Origin: an uncultured Rhodobacterales bacterium
GTDB taxonomy: Bacteria; Pseudomonadota; Alphaproteobacteria; Rhodobacterales; Rhodobacteraceae
Length of the DNA stretch: 64,000 bases
Direction: 5' to 3'
NCBI GenBank assembly: GCA_964387155.1
Contig: CAYLVP010000001.1
Location: forward strand, 14,247 to 78,246
Shown: piece after piece, positions 56,278 through 64,000 of the stretch
Layout: every line of letters begins with the position of its first letter
Position numbering within the stretch: the first letter of the stretch is position 1
Notes under the pieces: generated by a model
Told to the model about the DNA's origin: nothing
Databases searched by the model: none
What the model saw: only the letters and a program-made list of their open reading frames with translations
Made by a program: the position numbers and the translations under genes

Positions 56278-57380
56278 GTTTGGAACGGCTGCAGGTGGCG
56301 CTTGGCGCGCGGAGCTATGACATCGTGATCGGCGAGGAGCTTCTTGGCGAGGCCGGAGCCCTGATGGACGGTTTGGGCGTCGCGGGCAAAGTGGCCGTGG
56401 TGACGGACAAGAACGTGGCCGGGCTGCATTTGTCTACGTTGGAGACCGGGCTTTCGGCGGCCGGCATCGAAATGGTCGCGCTGACCTTGCCCCCTGGGGA
56501 GGCCACCAAAAGCTGGCCGCATTTTTCCCGCACGGTAGACTGGCTTCTGGAACAGAAGGTCGAGCGAGGCGATGTTGTCATAGCGCTCGGCGGGGGCGTG
56601 ATTGGCGATCTTGTGGGCTTTGCCGCATCCGTGCTGCGCCGGGGCGTGCGCTACGTGCAAATCCCGACCTCTCTTTTGGCGCAGGTCGACAGCTCGGTCG
56701 GTGGCAAGACGGCCATCAATTCTGAACATGGCAAGAACCTGATCGGCGCGTTCCATCAGCCTGCCTTGGTGCTGGCCGACGTCACCGCACTTGACACTTT
56801 GACGCCACGCGATTTTCTGGCGGGCTATGGCGAGGTGATGAAATACGGGCTGCTGGGGGATGAAGACTTCTTCGGCTGGCTTGAGGATAACGCCCCTGAT
56901 ATGGCCGCGGGTGATGTCGAGAAGCGCATCTATGCCGTGAAACGCTCCTGCGAGATGAAGGCCGCCATCGTGGCCCGCGACGAGACGGAGCAGGGGGAGC
57001 GCGCGCTGTTGAATCTGGGCCACACGTTCTGCCATGCGCTGGAGGCCGCGACGGGCTATTCCGACCGGCTGCTGCATGGCGAAGGGGTCGCTGTGGGCTG
57101 CGCGCTTGCGTTTGAGGTCTCCGCCCGGATGGGCCTGTGCAGTCAGGAAGCCCCCAGCCGCGTCCGCGCGCATCTGGCACAAATGGGGCTGAAGGCCGAC
57201 CTGCGCGATATCGAGGGCGCTTTGCCGGGGCCTGAGCGCTTGATCGGGCTGATGGGCCAGGACAAGAAAGTCGTGCGCGGCACGCTCAATTTCATCATGG
57301 CGCACGGCATCGGGGATGCGTTTGTGACCTCGGATGTGGACCTCGCGGTGGTCAAATCCGTTTTGGAAGACAGCGCGTAG
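56274..57380 (+). CDS. aroB: 3-dehydroquinate synthase
   Basis: GGGVIGD, DSSVGGKT, NLGHTF.HA.E and HGEGV motifs. Confidence 0.96.
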   Translation: MSLERLQVALGARSYDIVIGEELLGEAGALMDGLGVAGKVAVVTDKNVAGLHLSTLETGLSAAGIEMVALTLPPGEATKSWPHFSRTVDWLLEQKVERGDVVIALGGGVIGDLVGFAASVLRRGVRYVQIPTSLLAQVDSSVGGKTAINSEHGKNLIGAFHQPALVLADVTALDTLTPRDFLAGYGEVMKYGLLGDEDFFGWLEDNAPDMAAGDVEKRIYAVKRSCEMKAAIVARDETEQGERALLNLGHTFCHALEAATGYSDRLLHGEGVAVGCALAFEVSARMGLCSQEAPSRVRAHLAQMGLKADLRDIEGALPGPERLIGLMGQDKKVVRGTLNFIMAHGIGDAFVTSDVDLAVVKSVLEDSA

Positions 57381-57474
57381 CGGAGGATCTGGAGCCGCGC
57401 CCTGTCATGCGACACCATTGTGAAGCGGAAGGCCGCAGGCAGATCTCAGGGGGGCTGATCTTCGGTGGCTGTTC

Positions 57475-57843
57475 TCAGGGCGCGGGGCAGCGGTCCCATT
57501 CGAAGACCTGCCCGTCACGGATGATGTAAACCCCGTTGGGCGAGGGCATGATCATGACACGTTCCGTGTAGCGTTCGCCTTCGCTCGTGCATTGCGCGAA
57601 ATAGAGGGTGGCGGTCATGTTGCGCACGGGCACGGGCTCGACCAGGGTGCACCGGGTATCGACACCGATCAATTCGTCATCAGAGACACCTAGCGCGCCG
57701 CCATCCTCGCCCAGCGCGTCAAAGCTGCAGCTCCAACTGTCAAATATCTCGCCTGATGGCCTGAACAGCTGCAGGCCTTGCGCCATGGCGGGTACGGCAA
57801 GCGACGCCGCGAGCATCGGTACGATCACACTGACTAAACGCAT
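57475..57843 (-). CDS. Small exported Cys-containing hypothetical protein
   Basis: Signal peptide (AVPAMA/Q), 4 Cys residues. Confidence 0.65.
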   Translation of the reverse strand: MRLVSVIVPMLAASLAVPAMAQGLQLFRPSGEIFDSWSCSFDALGEDGGALGVSDDELIGVDTRCTLVEPVPVRNMTATLYFAQCTSEGERYTERVMIMPSPNGVYIIRDGQVFEWDRCPAP

Positions 57844-57984
57844 GCTCCGGCTCCCACACCCAGTTCGCATGGTTTGGAATCTGTGCCTTTGCGCCCCGCA
57901 TTGCAATCGTGAAATGGCAAGATCTCGGAAAATTGGGGCGTATCGGACTGGCGGCGTCTTCAGCGGGGCGCTGGACCAGAACGC

Positions 57985-58014
57985 AAAAGGCCGCCCCAAA
58001 ACGGAGCGGCCTTT
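57985..58014 (-). terminator. Intrinsic terminator of rplM-rpsI
   Basis: AAAAGGCCGC...GCGGCCTTT hairpin downstream of rpsI. Confidence 0.75.
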
Positions 58015-58035
58015 CGAAAACGACTGGGTTCAGCC

Positions 58036-58545
58036 TTAACGCTTGGAGAACTGGAAGCTCTTCCGCGCTTTGGCCTTGCCGTATTTCTTCCGCTCGACGA
58101 CGCGGCTGTCGCGGGTCAGGAAGCCTGCGGCTTTCAGCGCGCCGCGCAAGCTGGGATCATAAAGCTGCAGCGCCTTGGAGATGCCGTGCTTGACCGCACC
58201 GGCCTGGCCGCTGAGACCGCCACCTTTGACGGTCGCCATCACATCGAACTGGTCCTCGGTGCCCGACACGGTGAAGGGCTGGCGCAGGATCATCTGCAGC
58301 ACGGGGCGGGCAAAATAGGTATTCTGCTCTTTGCCGTTGACGGTGACCTTGCCGGAGCCTGGCTTGATCCACACGCGCGCGACCGCGTCTTTCCGTTTGC
58401 CGGTCGCATAGGCGCGGCCAAGCGCGTCGCGCACGGGCTCGCGGGTGATTGCGGCGGAAACGGCTTCAGCAGCGGAGTTATCCGCCAGTTCGGTGGTGTC
58501 GACGACGTCTTTCAGATCGTCGAGGGATTTCACTTCATCAGCCAT
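58036..58545 (-). CDS. rpsI: 30S ribosomal protein S9
   Basis: [20 protein letters not shown] and QFSKR motifs. Confidence 0.98.
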   Translation of the reverse strand: MADEVKSLDDLKDVVDTTELADNSAAEAVSAAITREPVRDALGRAYATGKRKDAVARVWIKPGSGKVTVNGKEQNTYFARPVLQMILRQPFTVSGTEDQFDVMATVKGGGLSGQAGAVKHGISKALQLYDPSLRGALKAAGFLTRDSRVVERKKYGKAKARKSFQFSKR

Positions 58546-58546
58546 C

Positions 58547-59008
58547 TTATGCGCTCCGGGTGTTTTTCGGGTTCATGGCTTTGACGTCCAGAACTTCGGG
58601 GGATTGGGCCTCATGCGGGTGCTCGGCACCGGCATAGACGCGCAGGTTCGTCATTTGCTGGCGCGACAGCACGCCGCCGGGCAGCATGCGTTTCACGGCC
58701 ATCGTCACCACGCGCTCAGGATGCGCGCCGTCCAGGATTTCCTGCTTGGTGCGCGACTTGATGCCGCCAGGGTGGCCGGTGTGCCAGTAGAAGTTTTCAT
58801 CACGCTTCTTGCCGGTCATCTGAATTTTGTCGGCATTGATGATGATCACGTTGTCGCCCATATCCATGTGCGGCGTGAAGGAGGGCTTATGCTTGCCACG
58901 CAGGCGCATAGCCACGATCGAGGCAAGACGGCCCAGAACCACGCCTTCGGCGTCGATCAGGATCCATTTCTTGTCGATATCGCTTGGTTTAGCGGTAAAG
59001 GTTTTCAT
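58547..59008 (-). CDS. rplM: 50S ribosomal protein L13
   Basis: LGRLAS, GKHKP.FTPH.D.GD motifs. Confidence 0.98.
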   Translation of the reverse strand: MKTFTAKPSDIDKKWILIDAEGVVLGRLASIVAMRLRGKHKPSFTPHMDMGDNVIIINADKIQMTGKKRDENFYWHTGHPGGIKSRTKQEILDGAHPERVVTMAVKRMLPGGVLSRQQMTNLRVYAGAEHPHEAQSPEVLDVKAMNPKNTRSA

Positions 59009-59062
59009 CGGTCATCCTTAGAATCTCAGAGCCTTGGGGCAGATGCCCTTTGGGATTGGGGT

Positions 59063-59090
59063 GTTCTAAGGGTTTTCCTTGCGCAGTCAA
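59063..59090 (-). promoter_or_regulatory. sigma70-type promoter of rplM
   Basis: TTGACT-16 bp-TAGAAC on the minus strand. Confidence 0.5.
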
Positions 59091-59147
59091 TGCGTATTGC
59101 ATCGAATTAATGTAGTAAAAACAAGAGGGTAAAAATAAGGTATTATT

Positions 59148-59579
59148 TTACCCCATATTTTGCTTAGGCGGGATGGAGTAGGTCAGCGCGGCGCGGGCGA
59201 CCGGCTTGTCTGGCGCAGCCTCAGAATAAAGCCGCCCCTCGGTCACGGCCAGGGCCCGCCCGAGTTTCAAAAGCTCCATCCGGCACAAAAGCCGGCCGGG
59301 CGCGGGCTTGCGCATAAAATCGATCGAGCAATTGGTTGTCACCGCCAAGGCAACCGGGCCCAGCCGGGACAATATGCAGAAATAGGCGCAGACATCGGCA
59401 AGGGCGAACATAGCGGGGCCCGACACGGTGCCGCCGGGACGCAAGTGCTTTTCAGAGGCTTGCAGCGCCATGATCACCTGCTCGGTCGAGACCTCGACGA
59501 AATCGAAATCATCGGCCACCTGCGTGAAGTCGCGTTCGAGAAACGCGCGCAGATCATCCGCGTCCATTTTCAGCGCCAT
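59148..59579 (-). CDS. PaaI-family thioesterase
   Basis: HLRPGGTVSGP..F.LAD hotdog-fold motif. Confidence 0.88.
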   Translation of the reverse strand: MALKMDADDLRAFLERDFTQVADDFDFVEVSTEQVIMALQASEKHLRPGGTVSGPAMFALADVCAYFCILSRLGPVALAVTTNCSIDFMRKPAPGRLLCRMELLKLGRALAVTEGRLYSEAAPDKPVARAALTYSIPPKQNMG

Positions 59580-59638
59580 GGCTTGCCTCCCTCGCGTTTT
59601 GCCGGTTCAGTAAGCGCCATAGCGGAGGGCCTTACAAG

Positions 59639-60424
59639 ATGAGCGACGATCTCCTGATCCGACATGACGCAGCGTCAGTGGCCTATCTGACGCTCAACAA
59701 CCCGACCAAGCTGAATGCGCTGTCCGATGAGATGCTGGCAGCCCTGCAAGAGGCATTCGACGAGATCGCTGCGTCGCAAGACGTGAAGGTGGTGGTTCTG
59801 CGTGGCGCAGGCAAAGCGTTTTGCGCGGGCCATGATCTGCGCCAGATGACGCAAGCGCGTCAGGCAAAGGACGGAGGGGCGGCCGCGTTCAAGGACCTGT
59901 TTGACCGCTGCGCCGCGATGATGATGACGATCCAGCGCTTGCCGCAGCCGGTCATCGCCTCGGTCCACGGGATTGCGACGGCGGCAGGTTGCCAGCTGGT
60001 CGCCTCCTGCGATTTGGCCGTGGCAGAGGAAGGCACCCGGTTTGGGGTCAATGGGGTCAATATCGGGCTCTTCTGCTCGACGCCAATGGTGGCGCTGTCG
60101 CGCAACATCCGCCCCAAGCAAGCCTTTGAGATGCTCGTGACCGGAGACTTCATAGAGGCCGAGCACGCCCGCACGCTGGGGCTTGTCAACAGGGTGACGC
60201 GCGACCTGGAGGCGGAGACCGCGGATTTGGCCCAGACCGTTGCGGGCAAACTGGGGGCAGCGGTGCGGATCGGAAAACGCGCCTTCTACGCGCAGCTTGA
60301 GATGGGATTGCGCGACGCATACGCCTTTACGGGTGACGTGATGGTCGAGAATATGAGCGTGCCGGACACCGAGGAAGGGATTGCCGCCTTTCTCGAAAAG
60401 CGCCCGCCCAACTGGCAGAGCTGA
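59639..60424 (+). CDS. Enoyl-CoA hydratase/isomerase family
   Basis: FCAGHDL, ATAAGCQL and GLFCSTP motifs. Confidence 0.9.
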   Translation: MSDDLLIRHDAASVAYLTLNNPTKLNALSDEMLAALQEAFDEIAASQDVKVVVLRGAGKAFCAGHDLRQMTQARQAKDGGAAAFKDLFDRCAAMMMTIQRLPQPVIASVHGIATAAGCQLVASCDLAVAEEGTRFGVNGVNIGLFCSTPMVALSRNIRPKQAFEMLVTGDFIEAEHARTLGLVNRVTRDLEAETADLAQTVAGKLGAAVRIGKRAFYAQLEMGLRDAYAFTGDVMVENMSVPDTEEGIAAFLEKRPPNWQS

Positions 60425-60427
60425 GGC

Positions 60428-61027
60428 CTAGCTTCCCAGAATTTTGCGCACGTAGTTACGGGTTTCGCGGTAGGGCGGGATGCCATTGTGCTTTTCCACC
60501 GCGCCGGGGCCTGCATTATAGGCGGCAAGGGCCAGCCGCCACGTGCCGAATTTGCGATACATCTGCTTGAGATAGCGCGCGCCGCCTTCCAGGTTCTGCT
60601 TGGGATCGCGCGGGTTGACCCGCAAATTGCGGGCCGTAGCGGGCATAAGCTGGGCCAGCCCGATCGCGCCTTTATGCGAGACGGCATTGGGGTTGAACCC
60701 GCTTTCCTGCTGCACAAGGCGCAGGAAGAGGTCCTCGGGGATGCCATGTTTGCGCGCGGCGGCTTTTGCGTCGTTGAGATAGACCCCGCGATACGTGCCC
60801 TTGTAGCGTGGAATTGCGGCCTCGCGCGCGATGATCTTGGTGCTGCCCGGCGCATAACGGGTGGAGGAGCGATATTGCTTGGACAGGCGGCCATCGAGCA
60901 GGCGGGCTTGGGATTTAAAAATCCGCTCGCGCGCGGAGGAGGAGCCGGTGCCGCTGAGCCCCTCTGCATGCAGCTGCACAGGCAGGGACAGCGTGCATAG
61001 CATCGCCAAACTTAGCACCACTCGCAT
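60428..61027 (-). CDS. Lytic transglycosylase (SLT domain)
   Basis: [14 protein letters not shown] and AYNAG motifs. Confidence 0.92.
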   Translation of the reverse strand: MRVVLSLAMLCTLSLPVQLHAEGLSGTGSSSARERIFKSQARLLDGRLSKQYRSSTRYAPGSTKIIAREAAIPRYKGTYRGVYLNDAKAAARKHGIPEDLFLRLVQQESGFNPNAVSHKGAIGLAQLMPATARNLRVNPRDPKQNLEGGARYLKQMYRKFGTWRLALAAYNAGPGAVEKHNGIPPYRETRNYVRKILGS

Positions 61028-61088
61028 AGCTGCCCGTCTCACCCTTGTTGTGCCTCGCATCTCAACGAGCGGCAGTATAGCCAAAATT

Positions 61089-61138
61089 CGCCCGGGGGCC
61101 AGAGGGCGCGCAATTTCGGCGCCTCTGGCCCCCGGGCG
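61089..61138. repeat. Perfect 17-bp inverted repeat between divergent slt and ssb
   Basis: CGCCCGGGGGCCAGAGG-N16-CCTCTGGCCCCCGGGCG. Confidence 0.8.
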
Positions 61139-61219
61139 TTTGGGTCTTATTAACCATGTGCAGGTCTTGTGCAGGTGCGCTAGGGTCCGGGGAAATTGAG
61201 AATCGAGGAGACATCCGCA

Positions 61220-61732
61220 ATGGCAGGGTCGGTCAATAAAGTCATTCTAATCGGCAATCTGGGGCGCGACCCGGAAGTGCGCACGTTTCAAAATGGCGGC
61301 AAAGTGTGCAACCTGCGCATCGCCACATCCGAGACCTGGAAGGACCGCAATTCCGGCGAACGACGCGAGCGGACTGAGTGGCATTCCGTGGCGATCTTCT
61401 CGGAGCCGCTGGCCCGCGTGGCCGAGCAATATTTGAAGAAGGGCTCGAAGGTCTATCTTGAAGGGCAGCTGGAGACGCGCAAATGGCAGGACCAATCCGG
61501 CCAGGACCGCTATTCGACCGAAGTGGTTTTGCGGCCCTATACCTCGACCCTGACCATGCTGGATGGGCGTGGTGATAGCGGCGGCGGGGGCGGCGGCTCT
61601 TACGGTGGCGGCCAGGGCGGCGGCTATAGCGAGGACCCGATGGGCGGCGGCTATGGCGGCGGGAGCACCGGCGGCGGCAATAGCGGCGGCGGGTCGAGCT
61701 CGAGCGATATTGATGACGAGATTCCGTTCTGA
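61220..61732 (+). CDS. ssb: Single-stranded DNA-binding protein
   Basis: [14 protein letters not shown], Gly-rich linker and DDEIPF tail. Confidence 0.98.
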   Translation: MAGSVNKVILIGNLGRDPEVRTFQNGGKVCNLRIATSETWKDRNSGERRERTEWHSVAIFSEPLARVAEQYLKKGSKVYLEGQLETRKWQDQSGQDRYSTEVVLRPYTSTLTMLDGRGDSGGGGGGSYGGGQGGGYSEDPMGGGYGGGSTGGGNSGGGSSSSDIDDEIPF

Positions 61733-61797
61733 TCCTGCGCAATTGACGCATTGTGCGGCATCGTGCGGCTGGGCCGCGCGGGTTTGATTTTGCTCTT

Positions 61798-61850
61798 TGA
61801 GGGGGCGTTGCCCCCTCAGCCGCAAGGGCAAGACCCCCAGAGTATTTGAG
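61798..61850 (+). repeat. REP-like interspersed repeat, copy 2
   Basis: Hairpin TGAGGGGGC-GTT-GCCCCCTCA, then CCCCCAGAGTATTT; similar to 14442-14486. Confidence 0.55.
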
Positions 61851-61901
61851 ATCAAACGGAGCGGCTATTTGGGCTTGTCCCTTTGACCTCTTGTCGTCAT
61901 T

Positions 61902-62789
61902 TTGATCGGCAGAGAAGGGGGTGGGCTGATCGCTTCACGTTTGGATAGGGATGCAAAGCGGGGGCTGTTGCTGGTCTCGCCTACGGCGGTCTATGTGCTG
62001 CTTTTGCTGGCAGCCCCGCTTGGCGCTGTGCTGGCCTTCAGCTTCTGGACCCAGGATTTCCTGACCATTGATCGCAGCTTCACGCTCGACAATTACCGCG
62101 AGGCGTTCAGCGACCCGATCTACCGGGTCTTGATGGGCCGGTCGCTGTTGATCTCAGGGGTTGTGACCCTTGTGACGGTGCTGCTGGCCTTCCCGATTGC
62201 CTATTTCGTGTCCTTCCATGTGCCGCCCGAGCGCAAGGCTTTGTGGATCTTCCTGATCACCATCCCGTTCTGGACCAGCTACCTTTTGCGGGTGTTTTTG
62301 TGGAAAGTGATCCTGGGGTTTAACGGGGTCTTGAATTCGGGTTTGATGTCCCTGGGTCTGATAGACGAGCCGGTGACCTTCATTCTTTACAACGCCAATG
62401 CGGTGGTGATCACGCTGGCCCATGCCTTTGCGCCGTTTACGATCTTGCCGATCTATGTGGCGTTGGAGAAGATTGATCGCTCTCTGCTGGAGGCCTCGCA
62501 GGATTTGGGGGAGAGCAAGCTGCGCACCTTTCTGCGGGTGACCTTGCCGCTGGCCATGCCGGGGGTGGTTGCCGCCACTTTGATCGTCTTTATCCCGACC
62601 ATCGGCGATTACGTCACCCCGCGTCTGGTGGGGGGGCCGAACGGGCTGATGATTTCCAACATGATCCAGACCCAGTTTCTCAAGCTCAACAATGCACCAA
62701 TGGGGGCCACGCTGGCGGTGCTGGCCATGTGTGCGGTCACGGCGCTGTCGGTGATCTTTGTGCTGATGAACCGCCGGTATTTGCGATGA
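61902..62789 (+). CDS. ABC transporter permease, PotB-like
   Basis: IPFWTSYLLR, EAS.DLG EAA loop and TLPL..PG motifs. Start is uncertain. Confidence 0.88.
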   Translation: MIGREGGGLIASRLDRDAKRGLLLVSPTAVYVLLLLAAPLGAVLAFSFWTQDFLTIDRSFTLDNYREAFSDPIYRVLMGRSLLISGVVTLVTVLLAFPIAYFVSFHVPPERKALWIFLITIPFWTSYLLRVFLWKVILGFNGVLNSGLMSLGLIDEPVTFILYNANAVVITLAHAFAPFTILPIYVALEKIDRSLLEASQDLGESKLRTFLRVTLPLAMPGVVAATLIVFIPTIGDYVTPRLVGGPNGLMISNMIQTQFLKLNNAPMGATLAVLAMCAVTALSVIFVLMNRRYLR

Positions 62790-63595
62790 AGGGGGGCTGG
62801 CTGCGCATCTATGCGATCACCTATCTGGTGTTTCTCTATTTGCCGGTTGTGCTGCTGCCGATGTTTGCCTTCAACGAGGGGACGGTGATTGCCTTCCCGT
62901 TAAAAGGCTTCACCACGCAATGGTTTGTGGAGTTGATGGGGATCACGGCGCTGCATGGCGCGTTGAAGAATTCGATCTTCATCGCTTTGGTGACCGCCAG
63001 CCTGTCGGTTGTGCTGGGGATTTGCGCGGCACGGGCCTCCACCCGGTTTTCCTTTCCGTTGAAGGCCCCGATCATGGGGGCCATCATGGTGCCCCTTGTG
63101 CTGCCCGAGATCATTGTGGCGGTGTCGCTGCTGGTCGTCGTGGTGCAGGTTTTGGCGCTGCCGCTTTCGGCCTGGACCGTCATTGCGGGGCACACGCTGA
63201 TCTGCACGCCCTTTGCCATCGCCATCCTGAGTTCGGCCTTTCGTGGGCTTGACCGCTCGCTGGAGGAGGCGGCCGTGGATTTGGGCGAGACGCGCTGGGG
63301 CGCGTTCACCAGCGTCGTGCTGCCGCTGGTCACGCCGGGGATTGTTGCGTCCTTTCTGATCTGCTTCACCATATCGCTGGACGAATTCATCATCGCCTTT
63401 TTCCTGACAGGCGCAGAGCCAACCTTGCCGGTCTATATCTGGGGGCAGCTGCGCTTTCCGACAAAAATTCCGGCGGTCATGGCGCTGGGCACGCTGATGC
63501 TGGTGGCCTCGCTGGTCATCCTGTCTGTGGCAGAGTTCTACCGCAGGCGCGGCGTGGCGCGCGTGGGCGGCAAAGACAGCGGGGGTTTCCTGTGA
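62786..63595 (+). CDS. ABC transporter permease, PotC-like
   Basis: FLYLP, LEEAA.DLG and SLDEF motifs. Confidence 0.88.
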   Translation: MKGGWLRIYAITYLVFLYLPVVLLPMFAFNEGTVIAFPLKGFTTQWFVELMGITALHGALKNSIFIALVTASLSVVLGICAARASTRFSFPLKAPIMGAIMVPLVLPEIIVAVSLLVVVVQVLALPLSAWTVIAGHTLICTPFAIAILSSAFRGLDRSLEEAAVDLGETRWGAFTSVVLPLVTPGIVASFLICFTISLDEFIIAFFLTGAEPTLPVYIWGQLRFPTKIPAVMALGTLMLVASLVILSVAEFYRRRGVARVGGKDSGGFL

Positions 63596-64000
63596 GCATC
63601 ATCTCCCTTCGGGATATCGAGAAGCATTATGGCGACTATCAAGCGCTGAGGGGCATCAATTGTGACATTGCGGAGGGGGAGTTTTTCTCACTGCTTGGCC
63701 CCTCGGGCTGCGGCAAGACCACGCTGCTCCGGGTGATTGCGGGGTTTGAAGAGGTCTCCTCCGGCACGGTGCTTTTGGGCGGGCAGAACATGGCCGGGGT
63801 GCCTGCCAACAAGCGGCCCACCAATATGGTGTTCCAGAGCTATGCCATTTTCCCGCATCTCAGTGTGGCGGAGAATGTGGGCTACGGCTTGCGGCGCGCC
63901 AAGCTGCCGAAGGCTGAGATGGCGGCGCGTGTCGCGGAGGCGTTGGAGATGGTGGGCCTTGCGGGCTATGGCGGGCGCGCGGCCCATGCGCTGTCAGGCG
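63592..64000 (+). CDS. ABC transporter ATP-binding protein, PotA-like (partial)
   Basis: Manual translation from GTG 63592: ...GEFFSLLGPSGCGKTTLLR...MVFQSYAIFPHLSV; runs off the window. Confidence 0.9.
   Translation, partial: MSIISLRDIEKHYGDYQALRGINCDIAEGEFFSLLGPSGCGKTTLLRVIAGFEEVSSGTVLLGGQNMAGVPANKRPTNMVFQSYAIFPHLSVAENVGYGLRRAKLPKAEMAARVAEALEMVGLAGYGGRAAHALSG

Overview
GC-rich alphaproteobacterial chromosome segment, with gene content and motifs typical of Rhodobacteraceae/Roseobacter group. It is mostly housekeeping. In order: a glycogen operon (glgB-C-A-X-pgm-glgP, partial at the left edge); an iscR-iscS-sufB..sufCD..sufS Fe-S operon with three cargo genes; a heme peroxidase; tRNA-Arg(CCG) followed by a three-gene lipid-tailoring cassette (FAAL-like ligase, ACP, short mycolate-type SAM methyltransferase); mmsA/LysR, coaD, tandem cyclophilins and tyrS/anmK; an EcfG-type promoter ahead of DUF2945 and topoisomerase IB; eno; an RTX protein with a glycoside-hydrolase-like domain lacking its apparent nucleophile; fur-like, DEAD-box helicase, selO, xerD, aroKB, rplM-rpsI, ssb; and a Pot-like ABC transporter (partial at the right edge). 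No integrase, transposase, CRISPR array or rRNA was seen. The best candidate for an undescribed system is the tRNA-adjacent FAAL-ACP-methyltransferase cassette. Secondary candidates are the RTX pseudo-glycosidase, the stress-promoter/TopIB operon and an Irr (ICE) box embedded in iscS codons. All calls are from reading motifs by eye; no database searches were run.
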